Origin: the human T2T-CHM13v2.0 reference genome, Homo sapiens
Reading direction: 5' to 3' (one strand)
NCBI RefSeq assembly: GCF_009914755.1
Contig: NC_060925.1
DNA: 64,000 nucleotides
Each line of letters begins with the position of its first letter. Position 1 is the stretch's first letter. The translations under genes were made by a program, and so were the position numbers. This document shows positions 45,080 through 57,915 of the stretch, piece by piece. Under the pieces are notes generated by a model. The model was not told where the DNA came from. It saw only the letters and a list, made by a program, of their open reading frames with translations, and made no database searches.

Positions 45080-46849
45080 TTTTTAAAGAGAAGAAGCTCT
45101 TACAGAGTGGCCCAGCTTTGTAGGCATGATCACAAAGACCACACCTTTCTTGGGACAGTACTGCTTGATAAAATTGTGATAATTTTGATCATTTGAATTT
45201 AGGGTTTTTTTTTTCAGTATGTGTTATACAAAAGACAAAAACTTCAGAGATACTAATAGAGCAGGATTTGGATGCAGACTTTTGAATCGACAAAGAAAGG
45301 GCACACCAGCCGATTTCTAGCTGTGCAATGTTTTGGAGGCATGGATGCAGTTAATCTGTTACAATGATATTTTTTATTTACTTATACATAGAACAAAATG
45401 AAGCCATTTCATTTGTGGTTAATTTTAGGTGGCATGCAAAGCAAACAGTGATGTTAGAATTATGTTCTAGCTGGAAAATAAAATAACTTCATTTTTTTGA
45501 CATTGAAAACGAAAGAAAAGAAACTCTTGCCGCAGCTGCATTTCTATTACCGAATGCGAACATTTTCAGGACCCTAAGGGAACACGAGAGCTCACAGATC
45601 CACCTCCTTCATAGCAGTCACTCTTTTCTTCTCACTCAAAGCTCATTTTACTCTGTCTGTCTTTACTGCCATCTAAGATCCCTTTTATGTAAACTTTCAT
45701 TTTGTATTTTATTTTATTTTGTGGGCAACTGACCAGGTAATTTCCCGGTTTAAAAATATTAAAACACTTTAGTAAAATTTAAGTTCTTGAAAAACAAACA
45801 AAATGTCAGCAAGACTTTGAATGTTGACTCTATTTGCTATAAAACCTCATGAACTGGACCAGAATTTTACATCACAGGCTGACCCAAAGTGTTGTTTGAT
45901 TTATTTTGATATCTTTCTAGTCTTTCTTTTTCATATTTTTTTGATAGCTAGTTGAAATGATCTATTCAAAAAAACCTGGGCCCTTCTAGGCCCTTCGGAG
46001 ATGGAACAGCTGGGCATGGTGTAGTAGGAAAGGTGTTCAGGTATTAGTCACCTCCTTTATTGTGGGAAAACCCTGGTGCTTTGGTTACACACATGTAAAA
46101 CTGTAATAGCAAATCACTTCTTTAGAGTGGCTGATAGTCTCAGAAAAATAAACTCAGGGAACTGTACATACTATAAATGTATAATGTTAGAAATTCTGAC
46201 TCTTACATCCACATCTCCTTTCGTTCTCTTTCTTTTCCTCTTCTTGCCCTCAAAAGAACTTATAGCATGTATCTGAAATACACAATTAGTGTGAACATTA
46301 TTTGTTTTGCCAGATTATTTGACAAAACATTGTGGTGTGTGAATTAAAACTTATGCTAGATTCAATAAATAAACTAGGAATAACAATATGAGGTAGGCAA
46401 TTATTGGAAAATATTATTTAAAGTGGGCCATTACCTAATTGGAGTATTCTACATTTTCACGTAGATTTTATTTTCTATTACTTAATGTTATCTTGTTTCT
46501 TTAATAAGATTTGAAAGAAGTAGAATTGGCAATAAGACTAAAGAATAGCATAACTGGTTTTAAAAGGGGGCAAAACAACAGATAATTTAAAATAGAAAAA
46601 CAGAACCTTATATTATAGGGGAGAAGTCTGTATCTCGAGACAAAGAACACTAAGGAGTATGTAAAATTAACAGTGTATCTCCAGAATAATACACAAAAAC
46701 AAACACACAGACAACTGGCAATAATATCTTATACTAGCATATAGTGAATTTCCTTTCACAGGGCTCTGAAGATGTTTTGTATGGTTCACTAAACTTAGCA
46801 TGGGGATTTCAGAATTAGAAAATGGAGATAAATTAGAAAGGGCTCATGA

Positions 46850-47910
46850 ACAGAAAGATAGATAAAGGACTGTGGAGTTTACCCCTTAGGAAACATAATT
46901 GAGTGAAAAATATGGTTTGACTCACCACTAATATAAGATACAGCCTCTAAGAATGTGATAAATTTGAGTAACCCAGATCCATGGTATTTAATGAGTGTGT
47001 GTTACAAGCACTAGGCAGTGGATAGGCTTTTCATCCCGTGGGCACAGCAGTCCTAGCTAGACAGTATTGCTGGTTGTACATATGCCTTTAGGCTTCTGTG
47101 AAGGCAACCAGAGATTTTAAGGCTAGACCAGAGATGTCTGAGCCTCAGACAGGAGACAGTCTCTTGAATAGTGCAGGGGCTGTTTAGAGGCATCCCAGTT
47201 AGTGTAGACTCCTAGCAATGCTCAGAGTACAACAAACCCTCCGCATCAGCTTATTGACAGCGAAAGTGAGAAGCCAGAGCAATGTCTCCAAGAGTGTTGT
47301 GTTTCCCAATGTCAGAAGTTGTCAAGCTGATATTTATTACATTGTGAAGACTAGAGAGCTGTGTTTTTAAATATTCTCCTACATGTCAGTGACCCCAGAG
47401 GCAAGGCCTTTGCCTTTCAGCCAAGCTATTATTTCCCATGGGGATCATGATAAAGGTAGTGGAGAATTTCAAACTCTCGATGATGAGAGCAAAGGGAGTT
47501 GTGTCAGCAGTAGCACTGACAGAGATGGCAGGGATGTGAATTCCATCCAACATGGAGAAAGAGCTCAGAAGCACAGTGGGTGAGACACCGGAGGGATATG
47601 TATTGGTTGTGACACAGGACATCTCAATAGTGTGTGGCTCCATGACTGTTCTAGAACCAGGGGAACTTTGGAAGCAAATTGTAGTATCAGCGGTGCAAAG
47701 TGCTCTTCCTCCAGCTGATGAAGACTACAGCTACTGTTGTAGTCTTGCAATGGGTGGCATTGGAAGCTATTCTTGAGTGGTGTGACTGCACATTTGGGTA
47801 TTAGGAAAAGTAACATAGAAACTTTCAGAAGACTTAACTCAGTTGCTAGGGCAGAGATGACATTGTCTGATCTCCATGGGAATCCTGCACAAAAACTTGG
47901 CGTGGGGCCT
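46850..47910 (-). mobile_element. Putative fossil Ty3/Gypsy (Sushi-like) pol fragment, integrase region
   Basis: By-eye collinear motifs against my recollection of vertebrate Gypsy integrases: DYNSSCS~EYVAACS, EQSWSHTLL~SRPWSHIAL, TVLL..FS..IP~TVIL..RFSK..FIP, INISLTT~INVSLTS, FRC~LRC, STLTGMP~SATGLSP, GMKSLST~GQKVWLST, KFI~RFIGPF. Multiple stops; DDE residues not recognisable. Confidence 0.55.
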
Positions 47911-48541
47911 CCTATGTCAAAACATGATTGAACCAGGTCTTTGTTTTCAAGGAGTCAATTTTGTCTGATTTAAGATTTCTAAGGGAAGAATGACAAATGG
48001 CCCCTTTATCAGCTTCATGCAATCTGATGAGTAGAAGCTGATTGCAGAAGCATGGGCAGATCTGGAATGGGGTACATCCAAATACATTAGGAATATCTAT
48101 GATTTCTATCTACAGATATACTTTTAGCTATTTAATCTCATTTCATTTTCTCAAACTCAATAATCATATTTCTGTGAAAGGAACACAATAGTAATATTGA
48201 CTGCTTTTATATGTTGTTATGTATAATTTCATCTTAATGTATGTGTATGTATGTTTGCAAAATGTGATATTAACAGTAATGAGGTGATATTAACGTAATT
48301 GTTTTACATATAAACAAATATTTATGCAGTGTTTTACAATTTTACATGTGTTGGTGTTTGCTTATGTCCAATCAGGTGGCCCGAGAATTTGGAACTGCTG
48401 TTGTGTTGTGTGTAGGGGTCTAGTCTATGCTACTTAAGTATGTGCCACCACTTACCCCATACACATCAAAAAAGAGAAAAATATACTATTCTTGTAAGTG
48501 AAGAACCTGTTAGACACTTGTAGTTAGGATAAATGTTTTTA

Positions 48542-48805
<264 letters not shown>

Positions 48806-49914
48806 TTAGAAACAAAAAAAAGGGGGATGGGATGGAAGCATGAGGGTTATGTACTTTAAACAGTTTTTCCTAAAAGTGAAATACGCAACAGGGGATGAGA
48901 AGGTGAAGCCCAGCTCCTCACAGATGTGCCAGTTCAGCTCAGATGAGTAAAGGGTTTTGATGGCTAATACGAGGCTTAAAGGACACTTATTGGTTCTTGC
49001 CTTTTATGTGGAGGATTTCTCTGGAACTTATCTTGAAATTTAAAAATATTTTGTGAGAAAAACAAGGGAAAATTTCAAGGTCTTCGACAACGTGAGTTCA
49101 AAGATACTTCTACACAAACAGTATTTCAGATAAAGTATTTGTTAGGTTGAAAATAGGTTATTATTGTTATCCTAATGCATAATGAGAAAAATTGAAACTA
49201 TTATAAACCAATATGTTTAAAGATGATTCAGCCTTTTTTTTTAAAGCTGACCTTAGCAAGACACTTGCAAGAACAGTTTTAGAGACACCATGTCTTTTTC
49301 TATATGTTACTTGGGAAGAAGGATGAACTATGAGGAAAGACTCATCTTTGGCTGGAAAAGCATCCACTCTTGGCATTGAACCAGCATATTGGATCAAAGA
49401 AAACTAGATCATGCCAAGGAAAAAAGAATTGTATTCTCTAAAGGGCACTGCAACATTATCTTCATTGTTTATTTTCCCAAGAAAGAAAGACAAAGAAAAC
49501 ATGTTAACAATAGCTAATTTGAGATGATGGAAATATAGATATTTATTACATTATTTTCTATACATCTTTATATTTTTAAGATTCTGCACATATAAAATAT
49601 GTTTGAGTAAACAAAACTGTTATATAAATCTCCCATCGCTTACGTCTGTACTCTTAAGGTTCACATTAGAGTGTAGAAAATGGTAAATAGTAAATACCAC
49701 AAAGGAAACCATAGATTAAGACTTATAACATTTTAAATCATGCTTTCTGCCACTCATAATGATAAGCTAAACACTTACAATTTTCATTTTTTCCTAATTC
49801 CCTATTTTTATCTTAGCACTTTCTAGTTAAATTGAATTAAAGTCAGTGAGTGTTCATGAACTGTGTCCCACATGCTGGGCAGTGTGTGTCACTGGGGCTG
49901 TGCCAGGTGGGAGG

Positions 49915-50190
49915 CAGGGTGGCCTGGTGGGTACACAGTGGGAGCTGGAGCCAGCCTGCCTGGCTTTGCAGCTTGGCTCAGCTCCCAGCCAGCTGTGTTG
50001 TTTGGGAAAAGCTATTTCATGTTCTGCACCTCAACTCCTCATCTGTACAATGTGGAGGTAAAAATAATACCTACCTTCTAAATTGCGAAGTGGAAATTGT
50101 TGTGAAGAGTAAAGGTGTAAATACATATTTAGTACTGAGGAAAGGGCCTGACTCATAAGAAGCATTCAGTACGTGCTCATATTATTATCA
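49915..50190 (+). mobile_element. MIR SINE, near full length
   Basis: gagctggagccagcctgcctgg...cctcaactcctcatctgtacaatg...aataatacctacct...gttgtgaagagtaaa...tattattat. Confidence 0.85.
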
Positions 50191-50892
50191 AGAAAGAGAG
50201 ACTTGTTCTCAAGGAGATGGATCTCTTGTGGCTCACAATCCTTTTCACATAGAAAAAAAAAAAATACATTCTTTAAGTAAACTACAATATCTCAAGGGGA
50301 ATCTTTCCTTGATCAACTTCTTCCAGAGACTTAGAAGGTATAGTGATTGAAATGGAAAAAAAAGTAGTAAAAGTGGAGCTCAAGACCATAAAGAAATTAA
50401 AGACATTAAAGAACATTAAGAAATGTACTAATCTGATACATGTCTGAAGGTATTAGCATCATGTACTAAGTAAAGGATTGTGTTAAAGCAATGGACACTA
50501 GTTAATCATTTTAGAGTTTTATAGTCTTCAGAAAAGATGTCCACAAGGAAGAATAGGCCATGCTCCTAGTGTTACTTAGAAAAAGAAAAGGGGAAAAACA
50601 ATATTTGAATGGAGAACAGAAGAGAGAAATAAACATTTGAGTTGGTTTTGATTTAACAGGACAAATTGAATAACAAAATTGTTTAAATAAACTAGCAACA
50701 ACTCCCATTCTCCATGCCACACAACACACATACACAATGGTGAAGATGTGGCACTTTTTTTTGGATTTGATCTATCCCAGTATAAATTACTAAATTAGCA
50801 AATCACATCTTTTTTAAAAAAACTTATGGAAATAATATAGTGTTGACATATATTTTAGTTACCCCATTCATCAGGCTTCTAATGTCCTACTG

Positions 50893-51085
50893 TGGGCTGT
50901 AAACTCAAATCCATGGGAAGGTAAATAGAGCAGGCAACAGAGGCAGGTGCACCTGTGAATGCTCTGCATGTGTGGTGATGACTCTGGAAAGCACATCCTC
51001 TCTAAAAGGGAAAGCAGTTACTTCTGCCCAATATTCAGGCTCATTGTTCCAGAAACTGGGATTCTTATTTGAAATCTTTTAATTT
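50893..51085. mobile_element. MER102-like hAT fragment
   Basis: gggctgtaaactcaaat...tctaaaagggaaagcagttact...gattcttatttgaaatct. Confidence 0.5.
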
Positions 51086-51859
51086 TAAAATCTTCCAAAA
51101 ATGAATTAAATGCCATTTGCCTAAAGGTTGCCTTTTTTTCTGTTTTTTTAAATATACTTTTACAATTACCCTAATGTAACATGACTCCATGAATGTGATT
51201 TTCCAGTTATGACTTGGTATACACCGAAGAATGTCAATTTTTATCACTTTGTAGATAAATTGAATGGCTTGCTGTTTCCTAATTATGCCCAGTCCTGTCC
51301 TATATCTGATCCTTTTCTCATATTATCAAAGGGTTTCCTACCATCGTTTCTCTGTTGAAATTCTACCTTGCACAAATGCTGTGACCACTTGAGACTTGAT
51401 GCTGTTACTTCCAGTTAAAAGCAACTTTTCTAACTCAAAATCTTCATAGCATTTTACTTATGTCTCTTATCTATAGATTTCTACCTTTTTCTATAAGTAT
51501 TTTCATTAAGATGAAGTCCCAGTTATTCTTATATGAGCAAAATAATGCTTACATAGTGCATGCTTATAGTAGTAACCACTGTTTTCATTTTGGTATATTT
51601 CTTCCATTCTTCTGCATAGAAATGAAGCAAAATAATTTACCAAGATCTAAAGTGGCTATATAAATTTAGCCATGTACCAACAGTATAAGAACTCCTTTAA
51701 CAGCATTAAGTAGTTTCTTTCTTGTTTAGTTCTTACTAATTTAATAGGAAAAACATGGTCTTTTATACTTTGAGATTTTTTAAGAATAAATATCCTATTT
51801 ATTAAGATTTGTGCTATATTCAGGCTAAGAATATTTTCATGATAGGACATATGATAATA

Positions 51860-52050
51860 ATATCAATTATGTATGTACTAAGCATTATACTAATCACTTT
51901 ATAAATTTTAATTCATTTAATCCTTTAGAAAACCCTACAGTGTATGTACTATTACTATCCTGATGTTATAGAAGATTGAGATTCCAAAAGGTCAGGTAAT
52001 TTGCCAGCAATTACATAGCTACTAAGAGGCAGAGACAGGACTAAAACCCC
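51860..52050 (-). mobile_element. MIR SINE
   Basis: tcatttaatcctttagaaaaccctac...tactattactatcc...ggtcaggtaatttgcc...acatagctactaagaggcagag. Confidence 0.8.
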
Positions 52051-53639
52051 CTTCTTACTTTGATGATGTACAGCACCTCAGTATGACATTTTCAATGTCC
52101 ATTTTGTTTTGTGGATGTAGCTTTTCAAGCAGTGGCTTCCTGTCACATTTTGTGCACAGGTGGGGCTTTATAAAGCTCAAAAGATCGGTTGCAATTTCTC
52201 TCCAGCTTTCTACAGAAGCTGGGTTTATTTAAAGTTCCTGTGGAACCATTTTATCAGACAAACATCTATGATTTTTCTGATTGATAAAGTAAGTTTTGAA
52301 AACAATTTAAGCTTGAATTTAAGAAGGTTTTAGGGTATCTTTTATCATAATTTGTGTGATATTCCACTGACTTTTTTCTTCTTTCATAGTAGATCTGTGC
52401 CCAAGAACCTTCTAAGAATAAAATTACAAGGAGTACTTTTACTTGAAGTAAACGTTATATGCAGAATATGGATAAAGAAGTAGGCAGCTCAATATTTTAA
52501 AGCAAAGATGACAGGACTTTCATATTACGGCTTATTAGAAAATTTCTTTGTCTAATTCCGAACTTGCTCAGAAACTTTAATATTTCTAGCTTTGTTTTTC
52601 GCTTCTTGGAACAAATATTATACTGCTATTGGCAACAGATTTGGGAAATACACTTTGATGAATTATTAAATGTATTTAGTAGCAACAAGGGGAATACTGG
52701 TAAGACTGGAAGATCTCAGGAGGCTTCCTTATAATTCCTTTGCCCCACCCCCCCAGCATGAAAGGAACAAAAGAAGCATGGTAAGCTGACTCACAAGAGC
52801 TATTCACAAGTCAGCGTCTGTCTCTGTAATGGTAAAACATTCCATATTTTACCTACTAACTTCTCTGATAAGTCATCTTTTCCCGTACAGCATCTCAAGT
52901 GTGTCATCTTTTATGACATGTGGGTCAGTCATATCCCTCCTTTGCATTCAAGTTTCTCATCTTTTATTACCATATGTTCCAGGAGTCTACTCTTCTCTCC
53001 ACCTCTCCAGGACATCTTTTCCTGTCTATGTGTCTGGTATGTGACAGCGTTTCCCTTTAGTGTGTTTAGGGAGGAATATCTCTTTTTGGCATGGATTCCA
53101 TTTGTGACATTTTTATGTCCCCGGAGCATCCACATTTCAATTTTTTCGGGACTGAGTATTCTTACTGTGGATGTCGTTTTTAACTTTTGTTTGTCAATTA
53201 CATGCTACTTTACTGCTACAAGTACTGTCAGTGAACATTCATTGTTGCATCCTGAATTTTGTGTTCAGACAGTGGACACAGATTTGGCTTTATGTTTTTG
53301 AATGGGGATGCTAAAGGAGATTGGTGAAAGAAATCGGTTATCTCCTTTTTACATTAGGTAGAGATTTTTTTTTTGTTCCCATCAATGCCTCCAATTTTTT
53401 TTCCCTCATTGCCTTTTGACTCCTAGCCTCAATATAATTCTCTGGAAAACTACCGTTTACTTATGCCAAGAAGGAAGATTAAAAGGTATGTGTATGCATG
53501 TGTGTGCATGTGCACAAGTGGGTTTTTTCAGTAAAGATTAGAAGGGGAGAAGAAGTAAACCTTCGTTTAATGCCTACAATGCGATATGCATGCTAACATG
53601 TGTGTGTTCACATATTAATTTTCATGTAATTGATACTTA

Positions 53640-53790
53640 TTATAGTAGTATAGATAAAAGCACAGACTGAAGCTGAAACGTTTGGGTTAGTATCCCAGCT
53701 TCAACATTTGCTAGCTATTTGACCTTGGTGAAATCTCTAAACCTCACTGTGGACCTGATATTAGTATTTGTAAAATGTGAACACTATCAT
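53640..53790 (+). mobile_element. MIR SINE fragment
   Basis: agcacagactgaagc...tatcccagct...ctagctatttgaccttgg...tttgtaaaatg. Confidence 0.7.
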
Positions 53791-53931
53791 TTGTTGAGAT
53801 TGTTATTGTGGAGTTTAAACAAGTTAAAGGTTAATAGTTTGGTTTGAATTCTGGTCCTCTTTACATAGAAGCTGGCATTTGCTCTGGAATCTTTAGTATT
53901 ATTAGTCCTTAAAGTGACTGCAAAAGAGTAA

Positions 53932-54291
<360 letters not shown>

Positions 54292-54396
54292 CACGCCCAT
54301 TTCTAAAGATGAAATAGTTCAATGGGACAGAATTAAGGAATTTCTCTTTTATAAAACACCCAATTAGTGACAGTGATGGAATCAGGACCAAAATCT

Positions 54397-54625
54397 GTGT
54401 TTAGGTAAGATACAGGTTTGGCTGCTGTGAAAAAGACCTAAAATACCATGCTAGAAGATGGTCGACATTTTAGATCTTATATAAAAGTCAGCTGGTTTAA
54501 GGTACCAGCAATATTTCAGGAACCCACAATTCTATCTTCTGGCTCCACAATTCTTAAGGTTTGTCCTTGTTTGGATGTCCAAGATGGCAACAGTAAAAAG
54601 CGATGGCGTGTCCCTTCCTTTGAGA
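54397..54625 (-). mobile_element. Old MLT1 (J/K/L-like) LTR fragment
   Basis: atacaggtttggctgctgtg...tcaggaaccca...tggctccac...ccaagatggc. Confidence 0.55.
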
Positions 54626-54629
54626 TAAC

Positions 54630-54760
54630 AGTTCGCAGGTCTGGTGGCACATTAGAATCATTGCAGAGACTTTTTAAGAAATATTGATCCCCAGTCCCTA
54701 CCTGTGAGAGATTCTCACACAGTTGATCTGACAGAAGGTCAAGATGTTGATTTTTTTTGG
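54630..54760. mobile_element. MER5-like fragment
   Basis: gcacattagaatca...ttttaagaaatattgatccccagtcccta...gagattct. Confidence 0.65.
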
Positions 54761-54784
54761 CATTATAATACATCCACAAATTAA

Positions 54785-55106
<322 letters not shown>

Positions 55107-55246
55107 TGAGTAGCCGGACTACAGGCGCCGGCCACCCCACCGCGCTAATTTTTTTGTATTTTTTAGTAGAGACGGGGTTTTGTGTCCGGAATTGGTGGGT
55201 TCTTGGTCTCACTGACTTCAAGAATGAAGCCGCGGACCCTCGCAGT

Positions 55247-55845
55247 GAGTGCTACAGCTTTTAAGGTGGCGCCTTTGGAGTTTGTTCCTTCTGATGTTCG
55301 GATGTGTTCGGAGTTTCTTCCTTCTGGTGGGTTCGTGATCTCGCTGGCTCAGGAGTGAAGCTGCAGACCTTCACGGGGAGTGTTACAGCTCTTAAGGTGG
55401 CACATCTGGAGTTTGTTCCTTCTGACGTTCAGATGTGTTCGGAGTTTCTTCCTTCTGGTGGGTTCGTGATCTCGCTGGCTCAGGAGTGAAGCTGCAGACC
55501 TTCAGGGGGAGTGTTACAGCTCTTAAGGTGGCGCGTCTGGAGTTTCTTCCTTCTGGTGGGTTCGTGATCTCGCTGGCTCAGGAGTGAAGCTGCAGACCTT
55601 CACGGTGAGTGTTACAGCTCTTAAGGTGGCGCGTCTGGAGTTTGTTCCTTCTGATGTTCAGATGTGTTCGGAGTTTCTTCCTTCTGGTGGGTTCGTGATC
55701 TCGCTGGCTCAGGAGTGAAGCTGCAGACCTTCAGGGTGAGGGTTACAGCTCTTAAGGCAGAGCGTCTGGAGTTGTTCCTTCCTCCCGGTGGGCTGGCTGG
55801 GCTCAGGAGTGAAGCTGCAGATCTTTGCGGTGAGTGTTACAGCTC
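55247..55845. repeat. Tandem array inside the LTR12C U5 region (units of 131, 131, 98, 131 and 94 bp)
   Basis: Unit starts gag(t/g)g(t/c)tacagct at 55247, 55378, 55509, 55607, 55738 and 55832. Confidence 0.92.
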
Positions 55846-55939
55846 ATAAAAGCAGCGTGGACCCAAAGACTGAGCAGTAGCAAGATTTATTGCAAAGAGC
55901 GAAAGAACAAAGCTTCCACAGTGTGGAAGGGGACCCAGC

Positions 55940-56290
55940 GGGTTACCACTGCTGGCTCGGGCAGCCTGCTTTTATTCTCTTATCTGGTCCCACCCACATC
56001 CTGCTGATTGGTAGAGCCCAGTGGCCTGTTTTGACAGGGCGCAGATTGGTGCCTTAACAATCCCTGAGCTAGATACAAAGGCTCTCCACATCCCCATCAG
56101 ATTAGTTAGATACAGAGTATGGACACAAAGGTTCTCCAAGGCCCCATCAGAGCAGCTAGATACAGAGTGTTGATTGGTGCATTCACAAACCTTGAGCTAA
56201 ACACAGGGTGCTGATTGGTGTGTTTACAAACCTTGAGCTAGATACAGAGTGCCAATTGGTGTATTTACAATCCCTGAGCTAGACATAAAG
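55940..56290 (-). promoter_or_regulatory. LTR12C U3 enhancer/promoter: repeats of about 40 bp with CCAAT and GATA motifs, plus an AATAAAA TATA-like box
   Basis: Repeated gattggt (CCAAT on minus) and agctagatac units; minus-strand gagaataaaagcaggctgcc near 55960-55980. NF-Y/GATA-driven activity of ERV9 LTRs is established; activity of this copy is untested. Confidence 0.75.
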
Positions 56291-57075
56291 ACTCTCCACG
56301 TCCCCACCAGACTCAGGAGCCCAGCTGGCTTCACCAAGTGGATCCCGCACGGGGGCTGCAGGTGGAGCTGCCTGCCAGTCCTGCGCCGTGCGCTCGCACT
56401 CCTCAGCCCTTGGGTGGCCGATGGGACTGGGCGCCGTGGAGCAGGGGGCGGCGCTCCTCAGGGAGGCTCGGGCTGCACAGGAGCCCACGGAGGCTGGGGG
56501 AGGCTCAGGCATGGCGGGCTGCAGGTCCCGAGCCCTGCCCTGCGGGAAGGCAGCTAAGGCTCGGTGAGAAATCGAGCACAGCGCCGGTGGGCTGGCACTG
56601 CTTGGGGACCCAGTACACGCTCCGCAGCCACTGGCCCGGGTGCTAAGTCCCTCACTGCCCGGGGCCAGCAGGGCTGGCCAGCTGCTTCGAGTGCGGAGCC
56701 CGCCAAGCCCACGCCCACCCGGAACTCCAGCTGGCCCTCAAGCGCCGCGCACAGCCCAGGTGCCCGCAGGCGCCTCTCCCTCCACACCTCCCTGCAAGCT
56801 GAGGGAGTGGGCTCCAGCCTTGGCCAGCCCAGAAAGGGGCTCCCACAGTGCAGTGGTGGGCTGAAGGGCTCCTCATATGCCGCCAAAGTGGGAGCCCAGG
56901 CAGAGGAGGTGCGGAGAGCAAGTGAGGGCTCTGAGGACTGCCAGCACGCTGTCACCTCTCAGTTTCACCGTGTTAGCCAGGATGGCCTCGGTCTCCTGAC
57001 CTCGTGATCTGCCCGCCTCGGCCTCCCAAAGTGCTGGGATTACAGGTTTGAACCACTGCGCCCGGCCTAAACAAA

Positions 57076-57583
57076 TGTTTTAATTGTCTCCTATTCAAGC
57101 TGCTGGTGAGGGAAGCGATTCCTGCCCTGGGTTAGAGTGATGGCCAAACATAGGACACCTGACATTGAACGGATGAGATTGACGGCTGTTTATTAGTCAC
57201 GTGTACTCACAGCCCTGAGGGAGGAGGACAACACATGCTTCACAAGACCATGTGAGGTTTTCCTTGGGACCGGAGTGAATAATTAGGAGTTATGGGAGGC
57301 AGGCTTTGTAGTATCAGTAGGGAAAGATGCTCCCTAGTTCCCTGAAGAGGATGTCATTGGCTTGTTTGAATAATTCTGTGGGCTGGTGGTAAACTGAAAC
57401 CCATTGCTCAGAAACTGTGACTGGGTTCTCTGATAAGGACGGTTGCTTGGCTATGGCACCTTATCCACAGGAGCAGAGTGAGAAGGAAAGCTTGCAACTA
57501 GGTCATTCGAGGTTCTCCAAGTTTACCAGATGTCAAAGCAGCACGTAATATTCAGCCTTAATTTTAGGCTTTATTCTATGACA
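57076..57583 (-). mobile_element. MER54-like ERVL solo LTR
   Basis: Minus strand starts tgtcatagaataaagcctaaaattaaggctgaatattacgtgctgctttgacatctgg, has an aataaa signal and ends caattaaaaca. Confidence 0.7.
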
Positions 57584-57589
57584 GTCCAT

Positions 57590-57915
57590 GATAGATTTTT
57601 CTGGTTGGCTGGCAGTTTTCTTCCATACGGTGATTCAGGGATTCAGGTTCCTTCTCTTTCGTGAATCTTTTATCCCCTAGGGTCTTGTCATCATTTACTT
57701 CCAATCAGCTGAAGAGAAAAGGAAAAAGACAACATAGAGTAGGCACATTTATTGTTTAAAAAGGATTGGGCCAGAAATATCAAACTTCACCTTCTACTCC
57801 ATGACCACACCTAGGAACAAGGTGATCCAGGAAACGTAGTCTGGACTTTGCAGTTTTCCTGATCTAACCTCTATCACTTTAGAAGAAGGGATGGGGTTTG
57901 AATCAACTGTCCATC
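57590..57915 (-). mobile_element. Old MLT1 (J/K/L-like) LTR fragment
   Basis: ccatacggtgattcagggattcaggttccttc...gggccagaaat...catgaccacacct...ggaaacgtagtct. Confidence 0.65.

Larger units (their letters stand above)
55181..56961 (-). mobile_element. LTR12C (ERV9) solo LTR, 1781 bp
   Basis: Minus strand starts tgagaggtgacagcgtgctggcagtcctc and ends cccaccaattccggacaca; 4-bp TSD gttt (55177-55180 / 56962-56965). Confidence 0.97.

Noticed and set aside
50290-50350. Minus-strand IPSKSLEEVDQGKI resembling Gypsy RT motifs (IYSKSLEEH or MDQGKV)
   Set aside because: It fits two different motifs ambiguously and has no YxDD nearby; too weak to extend the fossil.
55247-55845. Regularly spaced repeats superficially resembling a CRISPR array
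   Set aside because: Head-to-tail tandem units without unique spacers, inside a primate ERV9 LTR; no cas genes.
56249-57007. Cluster of long ORFs, up to 147 aa
   Set aside because: All lie in the GC-rich U3 of LTR12C, where stops are scarce; no protein family is recognisable.
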